A DNA stretch of 46,014 nucleotides from a virus (Duplodnaviria; Caudoviricetes). The stretch lies in the IMG/VR virus record IMGVR_UViG_3300027863_001761, positions 1 through 46,014 of that record; one strand, 5' to 3'. How positions within the stretch are numbered: position 1 is the first letter of the stretch; each line of letters opens with the position of its first letter. The notes beneath the pieces are model-generated. The model saw only the letters and a list, made by a program, of their open reading frames with translations. It had not been told where the DNA came from and searched no databases. This document shows, piece after piece, positions 8,461 to 17,054 of this stretch. The position numbers and the translations under genes are program-made.

Positions 8461-9854
8461 AGAGAACTCCTTGCAGGTGACATGGAATGAATCGGAATGA
8501 CGCGACGTGACACGGTGTCCGCACCGGCAGGGGTGTCGCTGCCGAACAGGTCCCGGCGCGCATCGGGCAGGGGCTCGCCCTCCAGCGTGTCGATGCGCAG
8601 CGGCACGGCCCCGGTGAGCAACTCGAACGCCAGGGCGAACACCCCCACCGCGTCCGAATAGGCCGCGTCGCAACTGGTCTGCCACAGCGGGCCTTCGAGG
8701 AACATGCAAGATCCCCGGCAGATGTGCAGCACTGGGCAGCGCGGGCACTCGGGGCGCCGGCTCCAGTGCGTCCCGGAGGCCAGCGCCACGCGCTCGAGCG
8801 CGGCCGTTGTGCCCAGGCGATGGGGCTGGCCATTGGGGGCTGCCGTGCCGGCCGCCACGTTCTGGCAGGTCAGCACATTGCCGTGCAGATCGACGGCGAG
8901 GTGATCCGGGCGGTCCATGCCGCACTTCTGGCCCAGGGATGAGGCCGGGCGGCGATGTGCGATGCTGGCCATAAACGCCTCGACCTTGCCGCGCAGCGCG
9001 CCGAAGTTGCTGGCGTGTCCTGCGCGCGCCTCGGCCAAGGCAAGCCGGCGAAACGCCGCGTGCTCCGCGGAGCTGCGCAGGCACGCGCGCGCACCGGCCT
9101 CGTCGTAGGCATCGATCCAATGCCCTTCGCCGATCGGCACGTCGGCGTCGCCCGTGAGGGCGACGAAGAACGCCTGGATAGCGGCCCGGCTGGCATTGCC
9201 CCGGTGCAGCATCGCGTTGAAGGAGATGCGCCCCTGCGGTTTGAGCCTGCGGTACAAGTCCAGGATGGCCGCGCGGGTGGCCGGCACCTCCAGCGGATCG
9301 GGTCCACGCGCGGCCTGCCCAGGACCATCGTGCGAGATGCCCACCGCAAAGCCCATGCGGTCGAACCAATCGACCTTGGCCGCATCGAGCAGCGCGCCGT
9401 TGGTGATCAGGAGCAAGCCTGCATCGGGATAGCGCTCGCGCACCGCCTCAGCCAGGGGCTGCAGCAGCTTCCAGTACACCAGCGGCTCGCCGCCCCAGAA
9501 TTCGAAGATGGGCGCGCGATCCCCCTCGACGCGCAGCCAGGATCCCAGTGTCGCCAGGAAGGCGTCGATACGCCCGGCGCCTTCCTGCGCGAGCCGCTGG
9601 CTGGCCTGGTTGCAGTAGCTGCAGGCGTAGTTGCACTGCAGCCCGAGTTGGATCTTGATCCACCGAAACGGCCCGTTCTTGCGCCCAGGCGCACCACGCG
9701 AGACGGCGGCCACCGGCTGCCATGGCGCGGGCGGCGGGATCTCGAAGGGCATCGCCACGGGCCGCCCATCTCCCTGCGTGAGGCTCGATGTGACGTTGTC
9801 GTAGACGAAGCGCTGCCGGCCCTGGGGTCCCAGGGCCTCGATGACAAAGCGCAT
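8457..9854 (-). CDS. Radical SAM enzyme with C-terminal SPASM domain
   Basis: CNYACSYC (CxxxCxxC), FWGGEPL, ITNG, GISHDG; SPASM cysteines KCG...LTCQN...CPRCPVLHICRGSC...SC. Confidence 0.92.
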   Translation of the reverse strand: MRFVIEALGPQGRQRFVYDNVTSSLTQGDGRPVAMPFEIPPPAPWQPVAAVSRGAPGRKNGPFRWIKIQLGLQCNYACSYCNQASQRLAQEGAGRIDAFLATLGSWLRVEGDRAPIFEFWGGEPLVYWKLLQPLAEAVRERYPDAGLLLITNGALLDAAKVDWFDRMGFAVGISHDGPGQAARGPDPLEVPATRAAILDLYRRLKPQGRISFNAMLHRGNASRAAIQAFFVALTGDADVPIGEGHWIDAYDEAGARACLRSSAEHAAFRRLALAEARAGHASNFGALRGKVEAFMASIAHRRPASSLGQKCGMDRPDHLAVDLHGNVLTCQNVAAGTAAPNGQPHRLGTTAALERVALASGTHWSRRPECPRCPVLHICRGSCMFLEGPLWQTSCDAAYSDAVGVFALAFELLTGAVPLRIDTLEGEPLPDARRDLFGSDTPAGADTVSRRVIPIHSMSPARSSL

Positions 9855-9858
9855 GGGG

Positions 9859-10659
9859 TCAGGAGGCGGTGGGCGCGGCGACTGTGCCGCTGGTGGTCGC
9901 CGTCGCCGAACTCGGCGGTGCTGTCACGGCCGCTGCGGCGGCCAGGGCCGATTGGGACGCTGCGAGGTAGGCCTTTTGCACCGCGCGCACCTGGGTCTTG
10001 ACCGCGACGATGTTGGCCAGCATCGCGTCTTGCGGGATGAGCGTCTGCACCCCCGCCTGGGTGAGGTCGCTGCTCACGGCGGCAAACCACGCCGGCTGCT
10101 GCGCTGCGGGCAGTGCCGCAAAGAGTTCCAGCACCGCCGAGGTCAGCAGGTCGACCTGCTGCTCCAGGGCCATGACCGCATCCGGGATGCAGATTTGCGA
10201 CATCGCGTCGATCTTGGCCTTGTAGGCCGCCTGCAGGTGGGCCAGTTCCGGGTAGAGGTCGGACGCGATCGTCATCGCAAAGCGCTTGGGATTGGCAGCC
10301 ACCGTGTAGGGCAGCGTGCAATCTGTTGGCACGGCGGCCACCAGCGCGACCCGGTCGATGCTGTTGCCGCAGCACAGCACAAAGAGCGGCGCCTGGGCGT
10401 TGACGCCATGGGCGCCTTGCATCCAGGCGACGAAGTCCTTGGAGTCGACCTGCTCGGAACCGGGCGCGGTGATCCAGCGCCCCAGGAAGTCCTGGTAGAT
10501 CAGCAGGGACGACAGCGGCGCAAACACCGAGGCGAGATCCAGGGTCAGTGTCTGCGATCCCGCGCCGGACAACACGGGCTGGGACGGCGTGCCGGCAATC
10601 GCGCATGGCGCGGCGAAACCGGCGGCCTTGGGGTCGCTGGTCAGGAGTACGGTGGTCAT
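9859..10659 (-). CDS. Hypothetical protein (266 aa); helical C-terminal half, possibly a fibre-assembly or accessory factor
   Basis: AAGGGAG RBS, coding-like codon usage, position between serC and the rSAM gene; function not recognised. Confidence 0.65.
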   Translation of the reverse strand: MTTVLLTSDPKAAGFAAPCAIAGTPSQPVLSGAGSQTLTLDLASVFAPLSSLLIYQDFLGRWITAPGSEQVDSKDFVAWMQGAHGVNAQAPLFVLCCGNSIDRVALVAAVPTDCTLPYTVAANPKRFAMTIASDLYPELAHLQAAYKAKIDAMSQICIPDAVMALEQQVDLLTSAVLELFAALPAAQQPAWFAAVSSDLTQAGVQTLIPQDAMLANIVAVKTQVRAVQKAYLAASQSALAAAAAVTAPPSSATATTSGTVAAPTAS

Positions 10660-10719
10660 GATGCAAAGTCTCCCTTGTGGAATGTCAGCAATATCAGCAA
10701 TGCCGCGCCAGATTGCGTC

Positions 10720-11817
10720 CTATTGCGCCCAATCGCGCAGCACCGCCGCCAGGTTTTGTGCAGCCTCGAGCGTCACCGCGTCGTACAGCGATGCCCGAAA
10801 TCCTCCCAGGCTGCGGTGGCCGTCCAGTCCCGAGATGCCGGCGTCGGTCAACGCTCGGCGCAGTGACGCGCCGCGCGCTGGGTCGGCCAGGCCGAACGCG
10901 ACGTTCACCTGCGAGCGCCACGCCGCTTGGGCGTGCGGGGCATAGACGTCGGGGTTCGCGTCCAGCGCCGCGTAGACCGCTGCCGCCTTGGCTGCGTTGA
11001 TATGCGCCATGCGCTCCAGATCTCCGATCTCGTCGCGCAGCCAGCGCAGCACGAGCAGCATCGTGTAGATCGCGGCCACTGGTGGTGTGTTGTAGATCGA
11101 GCCGGCCTTCGCATGCACGCGCCAGTCGAGCAGCCGCGGTAAGCCGAGCGCCGGCGGGCGATCCAGCAGCGCCTTGCGCACCAGCACCACGGTCACGCCG
11201 GCAGGGCCGATGTTTTTCTGCGCATGCGCATAGATCACGTCGTGCGACTCGATGTTCACCGGCCGCGACAGGAAGTCCGAACTCATGTCGCAGACCACCA
11301 GCCGCGCCGGAACGCACGGCGGGGCCATGCGGAACTGCAGGCCCTCGACGGTTTCGTTGCTGATGTAGTGCAGGATCCCCGCCCCCCGGAGATCGAGGCC
11401 GCTCCACTGCGGCAACTCCCGGTAGCCGTTCGTCTCGCCATCCCAGACGCACCGAGGCGCACAGACCGATGCGGCCTCGGCCATCGCTTTGGCGCTCCAG
11501 TAGCCGCCGCGAACCCAATCCACCGGCGTGTTCTGTGCGCAGCCCAAGTTGGTCAGCGCCATCGAGAACTGCAGCGAGGCGCCGCCTTGCAGGAAAAGCA
11601 CCTCCCAATCATCGCCGGCGCCGAGCAGCGCGCGCAGGATCTGCTGCGCCTCGTCCACCACCGCGCGGAACCAGTCGCTGCGGTGGCTGATGCCCAGAAT
11701 CGACAACCCGACCTCGGGCACTTCGAGCATCGCCTGCGCCATTTGGTCGAGTACGACCTGCGGCATGGCCCCGGGGCCGCCGGAGAAGTTGTGCGCGTTG
11801 CGCCAGGCGGCGTTCAT
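10720..11817 (-). CDS. serC: Phosphoserine aminotransferase-family PLP enzyme
   Basis: NFSGGPG, SHRS, QGGASLQF, NETVEG, DMSS, AQKNIGPAG (PLP lysine), YNTPP, GHRSLGGFRASLY; ATG at 11817 overlaps the fibre stop (ATGA). Confidence 0.93.
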   Translation of the reverse strand: MNAAWRNAHNFSGGPGAMPQVVLDQMAQAMLEVPEVGLSILGISHRSDWFRAVVDEAQQILRALLGAGDDWEVLFLQGGASLQFSMALTNLGCAQNTPVDWVRGGYWSAKAMAEAASVCAPRCVWDGETNGYRELPQWSGLDLRGAGILHYISNETVEGLQFRMAPPCVPARLVVCDMSSDFLSRPVNIESHDVIYAHAQKNIGPAGVTVVLVRKALLDRPPALGLPRLLDWRVHAKAGSIYNTPPVAAIYTMLLVLRWLRDEIGDLERMAHINAAKAAAVYAALDANPDVYAPHAQAAWRSQVNVAFGLADPARGASLRRALTDAGISGLDGHRSLGGFRASLYDAVTLEAAQNLAAVLRDWAQ

Positions 11818-13328
11818 CGGCACAGCCGCTTCGGATCCCACCGAAACGCCTTGTAATCAAAGCCTTCCTCGTTCACCCCAGCGCCGACGACGTATCCATT
11901 GACCAGGATCGGCACGCCGTCCGTGCGCGGCAGGTACAGGGGGGTCTCGGGGCCGTAGCCTTCAACCTCGATCACCGCCTGCTCACGCCAGCCGCTCATG
12001 TGTGCGAACGCATAGCCGTCGCCGGCACGCATGCTGGCGTTGTCACGCAGCCCGCCGATGTGTCCGGTCTCAGCTTCGATGCGCCACTGCTCAGAATTGG
12101 CCGACCACCACCACTCGGCGCCGGCGGCGTCGCGGGTCCAGTAGCCGTGTTCCTCGCTCCAGATCTGCGAGCCGTCGGCGAACGCCATCATGCGGCGCTC
12201 GCCCAGCAGTGGCCGGTCGACGTAGCGAACCTGCACGGGCCGGCCATCGGCTCCCATCAGCCAGTCGCCAGGCTGCACGCGCTCGATCGGGCACTCGGTA
12301 CCACCTGCCATCCGCACGCGGGCGCCCGCCGGAAAACAACTGCAATTGCAGTTGCAGTTCGCCAGACTGGACGCCACGGTGGCTGAGCCCGCCGTGCGGG
12401 CGTAGTTGGCCGTGGTGGCGTAGTTGACGCTGAAGTTCGAGGGATTCCAGACATAGAAATTGGCCCCGTCGTTGCTGCCCACCAGCCACGTGGGCTGCCC
12501 GCCTTGTCCGCTCCAGTTCAGGTCCCACGCCGCACCGTCGGCGCGCAGCGGGTGGGCGCGGCTTGCGCTCGCCGCGTTGCCCGAGATGTTGATGCCGTAG
12601 GTGCCACCGTTGTTTTGCACGATGGCGGTGGTGTCGACCCCGCCCACGGCGACGTGGTTGTTGGAGCGATCGAACGTGAGGATTGAGCCGCCGCTTGCCG
12701 AGTACAGGCCCCAGGCGCTGGCGTTGTTGTAGAGGTAGGCGGGGCTTTGGCCCGCACCGACGGCGCCCACCTGGGCTTCGCCGCCTGGGTTGCTCGTGAA
12801 CAGGCTGCCATTGACCGTGCCGCCGCTGGCGCCGCCCACGGTCGACACCGTGCCCGCGTTGCCCGCGATACTGCTCGGAAACGCGATCGGCGCGGTGGCC
12901 ACCGCCGTGACCTGGCCCTTGGCGTTGGTGGTCAGCACCGGCACGGTCGTGGCGTCGCCCGCGGTGCCGGGGTTGGGGTTGACGGTGGGCAAGGTGACCG
13001 CGATGCTCACGTTGCCGCTGCCGTCGAAGCTGGCCGATCCGGTGAGGTCGCCGGTGAGGGCCAGGGTCACCGCCTGCTGCAGCTTTTTGGCCTGCGCGGC
13101 CACGACGTTGTAGACGGCCGCCAGCGCGCCCCAGGCCGTGCCTTTGAACTTCTCCCAAAAGCCGTTGGCGCTGTTGAAGCGCACGGCACCCACCGGCAGG
13201 TTGGCCGGGCTGGTGGTGGCCGGGTCGAGTCCCTGCGCCAGATCAGAGGCCAGCGCGTTGATCTCTGCGGTGACGTCCACATAGGGATCCGTCACCTGCG
13301 GTTTGGAGAAATCCGAGGTGTTGCTCAT
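11814..13328 (-). CDS. Tail fibre/receptor-binding protein with a Cys-rich motif and C-terminal Hint domain
   Basis: Follows J; G/A/S/T/N-rich fibre repeats (LTGDLTGSASFDGSGNVSI, YGINISGNAASA, WSGQGGQPTWL); then NCNCNCS-CFPAGARVRMAGG...IERVQPGD...SEEH. Confidence 0.85.
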   Translation of the reverse strand: MSNTSDFSKPQVTDPYVDVTAEINALASDLAQGLDPATTSPANLPVGAVRFNSANGFWEKFKGTAWGALAAVYNVVAAQAKKLQQAVTLALTGDLTGSASFDGSGNVSIAVTLPTVNPNPGTAGDATTVPVLTTNAKGQVTAVATAPIAFPSSIAGNAGTVSTVGGASGGTVNGSLFTSNPGGEAQVGAVGAGQSPAYLYNNASAWGLYSASGGSILTFDRSNNHVAVGGVDTTAIVQNNGGTYGINISGNAASASRAHPLRADGAAWDLNWSGQGGQPTWLVGSNDGANFYVWNPSNFSVNYATTANYARTAGSATVASSLANCNCNCSCFPAGARVRMAGGTECPIERVQPGDWLMGADGRPVQVRYVDRPLLGERRMMAFADGSQIWSEEHGYWTRDAAGAEWWWSANSEQWRIEAETGHIGGLRDNASMRAGDGYAFAHMSGWREQAVIEVEGYGPETPLYLPRTDGVPILVNGYVVGAGVNEEGFDYKAFRWDPKRLCR

Positions 13329-13349
13329 GCGGCGATCCTTTCCATACCT

Positions 13350-16300
13350 TCAATACCCTTTGGCGGCCCAGGACACCGCGCCCGAGGTGCGCTGCCCGGC
13401 AGGGGTGAACAGATAGACGCTGAAGCCGCTCGGGTTCGCCTGCCCCGAGAAGTCGTAGAGCGCCACGAGTGGCGTGGTGCCTGCTGGCGTGACGGTGATG
13501 CTGGTGACGTCGACAAAGGGCACGTTGAAGGCGACCGGCGTGCCGCTGGCGTCCGCCGCGTTGGCCAGCACGGTGCCGGCATCGTTCTTGAGCTTGACGG
13601 ACAGCTTGATCTCCAGGCGCGAGATCTCCAGCAGCGACGTCGCATCGAGCGCCGTGACGGTGAGACGCACCTTGACCCAGCGAAAGTCGGTCAGATACAC
13701 GTTGGCGCCTGCGTAGTCGGTCCAGGGGCCGGTGGGCCCCACGTTGCTGCTGCTGATCGTCACCGCCCACTGCGGGGAACCGGCCACGACCGTGGTGGTC
13801 GGGGTGACCTGCACGTTGGTGGCCGCGAGCACCGCGCCGTAGTCGATGACTTCCTCGTAGGAGCCTGCAGGCAGCGCGGGCTGGGCGTAGATCGGCAGCC
13901 CTGCGGCGATCTGGTCCCGCGGGGCGTTCCAGGACCGCGCACTGAAGTGCTGCGCCCAGGTCGATGCGGTGTCCACCGGCAAGGTGATCGCCCCCTCGTC
14001 GAGCACGGTGTTGGTGAGCGTGCCACTGAAGGTCGAGAAAATATCCGCGTGCAGCACGTAGTCGGGTGGCGCGTTGACGGTGGCCGTCACCGCCCCGGGC
14101 GTGCCCACGTTGCCGGCCGAGTCGACGGCGGCGATCCAGTAGCGGTAGGTGCCCGCGCTGGTCTCGAACACCGTGGTGAACAGCCCCGCCTGGGTGCCGA
14201 TGATCTGCGCCGCATCGAAGCTACCAGACGCCGGCCCCCGGCGCACCTGGTAGGTGACGACCGGCAGCGTGGCGGTGGCGTCGGTCCAGGTCAGCAGCAC
14301 GTTGTTGTCGATGACCTGGGCGCTTAACGTGGGCGCTGCGGGCGGGGTGACCACCAATTGGGCCATTGCCCAGGCGCCTGGGTTGCCGGCGGCGTCGACC
14401 GCGGCGATCCAGAAGGTCTGGGTACCCGCCCAATCGACCTTGCTCTGGTACTGCGTGGTCTTGTTGTTGGCGATGACTCGCGCTGCGGCCGCCTGCGCGC
14501 CGGTGGCGATCACGTAATGGTCCACCGGGAACATACTGGCCGGAAGCAGCCAGCCCAGCACGTAGTGATCCCCCGAGAGGCTGGCCGTGACGCTGGGCGC
14601 TTGCGGGGCGGTGACCGTGAGGCTCGCGGGCGTGGCGCCCGCAGATTCGACCAGCAGCAGGTTGCGCGCCTTGATCCACCAGTCGTATTGGGTTTGCGGC
14701 AGCGGCGGCACGTGGGCCGAGGTGCCGGCGTAAAAGCCCACCCGCGTGCCAGAGGCCCAGTCGACACCCTCGCGGATCTCGTAGTCGTAGCGCATCGGGT
14801 CGGCCACATCGGTCCAACTCAACAGGACGCCGTTGCTTTGCACCGCCGCCTGAAACCCCTCCACATCGACGATGGTCGGCGGTGGCGGCGATGCAGGCGT
14901 CACAACCAGCGTTGTCGATGGCGAGACTTGGCCGAGCGCCGAGAATGCCGTGACGGTCAAGGTGTACGGCACGCCGACCTCGAGGTTGTCGAGATCCACG
15001 CTGTGCTGATCGGTCGTGATCGTGGTGGCCGGGGCGTTCGCTTTGTTCCAGACCACCCGGTAGCGGCACGCCCCGCTTGCGCTCCAGGACACGGTACCCC
15101 GCAGGCCCGCTACGCCGATGTCGATCACGTAGCGCGACACCAGCAGATTCAGGTTGGACGGCGCGGCAGGAACGGCGGCAATCAGGCTGGTGGCCGGGGT
15201 GCTGAGCGCGAGACCGTCCTCGACAAAGGCATACTTGCTGGCGTTGTACGCCACGGCGGCGACTTCGATCTGCGCGGTGTCCACCTCGGTGAGGGTGACC
15301 ACCTGCCAGAGTTCGGGTTGAACCTGGGCGTCGCTGAGCAGCACCAGCGCGCCAGGCACGGGCGTCTGGGGCAGTGCTGCTGCCAGCACGATCTGGTTGC
15401 CATTGACGTCAGCCACCGCCTGCGTCGCCAGGCTCCCGTCGGGCAGGAGCACTTGCGCCGAGAGGCCGCTGGACGCCGGTGGCGCCGCATCGAGTGTGAG
15501 GGTGAGCAAGTCTGCGGAGACGTCCAGCATCCGTCCGCCCATGCGCACGCCGGCGCGCGTCGGGTCGCTGGTCTGGATGATGTCGCCCGGGGCCAGATAC
15601 ATCCCGTCCATCGCGCAACGAAACGTCACCGTCTCGGTTTGCAGGCTCTCCGAGTACAGCAGCCACTTGCCCAGGCGATGCGCCTGGCCGCGGCGAGTGC
15701 AGCCCAGGGCACGCACCTGGGCGGTGATGACGCCGTACTTGGCCACCAACGCGTCGTCCTGGACGTACTCGACGACGGTGGCGTAGCCGTTATCCGGGTC
15801 GTTCCACGTCACCTGCGCCACGGTGTGACGCGCGCGCAGGCTGGTGCCCTGGTAGGAGAACGTCCCACCCACGACATTGGCCGGCGCGAACATCATCACC
15901 GCATCGGCGGGCGCATCCTGGCTGACGTGCAGCGTGCCTGCCCCCCAATAGACGATGGCCCGAAAGATGGAGGCCATGTGCTGCACGGCGGCGTAGGCGT
16001 CCTGCTGCGAGGCCAGCAGCAGGTTGCAGGTAAAGCGCGGCTCCATGCCACCAAAACCATCGGGCACGCTCTGGTCGCAGTATTGGCCGATGGTGTAGAG
16101 CGACCATTTGTCGATGCTGCTCGCCTCGATCAGTCCGCCCAGGCCGTAGCGTTCGTTGGTGAGCAGGTCGTAGAAGCACCACGCCGGGTTGTCGGTCCAG
16201 GCCAATTGGAATGTGCCGTCCCAGGTTCCGGTGTAGTTGCGCGTGGCCGGGTCATAGTTGCTCGGGACCTGCACGATCAGGCCCTTGACGTCGTAGGCCC

Positions 16301-17054
16301 GCGCCGGGATGTGATCGAACTGCATGGCGTCGATGGCGATGGCCGCCATCGCGGTGTGCGGATAGGCCAGGCTCGCGTTGGACACCAGCGTGAGCGCCTC
16401 AAAGTACAGATCGTTGGCCAGGAGCGAACTGCCCGAATCAGGCGTCAGGCGCGTGACCTGGACCTCCCACGGCCCCGTTCCCGACAGGGGAATCAGGTAG
16501 TCGCGGGTGTACGGGCTCGTGGTCTTGCCGCTGAAGCTGTCGCTGACCACGGTGACAAAGCCGCCGCCGTTGGTGTTGAGCGCGATCTGAAAGGCCAGCG
16601 ACGTGCCGCCAATGTTGCCGCTCTTCGGGTCCGTATCGGTCAGCGCCGGGGTCATGAGGGACACGCGTAGAGCGTTGACGTTGGCCGCCGTGACCGCCTG
16701 CACGATGGGCGTGGCCTGGTAGACCTTGGCGTGGACCGAGATCGTGTTTTGTGCGTCGGAGCCGGCGTAGCCTGCCGCGTTGGTCACGCCGACCGCGCCT
16801 GGCGTGCCGGTGGCATACTCGAACACGAAGCCGTTGAAGTTCCACGAGCCGTCGGCGTTTTGTAGCGGGGTCTTGTCCAGAAAGACCGACTGCGCGCCGT
16901 TGGCCAGGCCCACGATCGGGCCTTCGCACCAGGCGTCCAGGACCAGCGCTTTCTGCGAGGAGCGCAGGGTGTTGGGGGACTCGGACACGCCGCCGCTGCC
17001 GCCACCGCCCTTGCCACCGCCTCCCGCGCCGCGAATGAGAGGGTTCGTGCGCAT
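13350..17054 (-). CDS. Tail tip/host specificity protein J with FN3-like repeats
   Basis: GAGGGGKGGG start, CEGPIVGL, WTDNPAWCFYDLLTNERYGLG, GCTRRGQAHRLGKW; repeated WIAAVDxAGN units. Confidence 0.93.
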   Translation of the reverse strand: MRTNPLIRGAGGGGKGGGGSGGVSESPNTLRSSQKALVLDAWCEGPIVGLANGAQSVFLDKTPLQNADGSWNFNGFVFEYATGTPGAVGVTNAAGYAGSDAQNTISVHAKVYQATPIVQAVTAANVNALRVSLMTPALTDTDPKSGNIGGTSLAFQIALNTNGGGFVTVVSDSFSGKTTSPYTRDYLIPLSGTGPWEVQVTRLTPDSGSSLLANDLYFEALTLVSNASLAYPHTAMAAIAIDAMQFDHIPARAYDVKGLIVQVPSNYDPATRNYTGTWDGTFQLAWTDNPAWCFYDLLTNERYGLGGLIEASSIDKWSLYTIGQYCDQSVPDGFGGMEPRFTCNLLLASQQDAYAAVQHMASIFRAIVYWGAGTLHVSQDAPADAVMMFAPANVVGGTFSYQGTSLRARHTVAQVTWNDPDNGYATVVEYVQDDALVAKYGVITAQVRALGCTRRGQAHRLGKWLLYSESLQTETVTFRCAMDGMYLAPGDIIQTSDPTRAGVRMGGRMLDVSADLLTLTLDAAPPASSGLSAQVLLPDGSLATQAVADVNGNQIVLAAALPQTPVPGALVLLSDAQVQPELWQVVTLTEVDTAQIEVAAVAYNASKYAFVEDGLALSTPATSLIAAVPAAPSNLNLLVSRYVIDIGVAGLRGTVSWSASGACRYRVVWNKANAPATTITTDQHSVDLDNLEVGVPYTLTVTAFSALGQVSPSTTLVVTPASPPPPTIVDVEGFQAAVQSNGVLLSWTDVADPMRYDYEIREGVDWASGTRVGFYAGTSAHVPPLPQTQYDWWIKARNLLLVESAGATPASLTVTAPQAPSVTASLSGDHYVLGWLLPASMFPVDHYVIATGAQAAAARVIANNKTTQYQSKVDWAGTQTFWIAAVDAAGNPGAWAMAQLVVTPPAAPTLSAQVIDNNVLLTWTDATATLPVVTYQVRRGPASGSFDAAQIIGTQAGLFTTVFETSAGTYRYWIAAVDSAGNVGTPGAVTATVNAPPDYVLHADIFSTFSGTLTNTVLDEGAITLPVDTASTWAQHFSARSWNAPRDQIAAGLPIYAQPALPAGSYEEVIDYGAVLAATNVQVTPTTTVVAGSPQWAVTISSSNVGPTGPWTDYAGANVYLTDFRWVKVRLTVTALDATSLLEISRLEIKLSVKLKNDAGTVLANAADASGTPVAFNVPFVDVTSITVTPAGTTPLVALYDFSGQANPSGFSVYLFTPAGQRTSGAVSWAAKGY

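Noticed and set aside
10685-10701. TCAGCAAT direct repeat between serC and the 266-aa gene
   Set aside because: Only two 8-bp copies; could be chance and no function can be supported
11814-12338. A true splicing intein in the tail fibre
   Set aside because: No terminal His-Asn followed by Cys/Ser/Thr, no homing endonuclease and no meaningful C-extein; treated as a cleavage-type Hint domain
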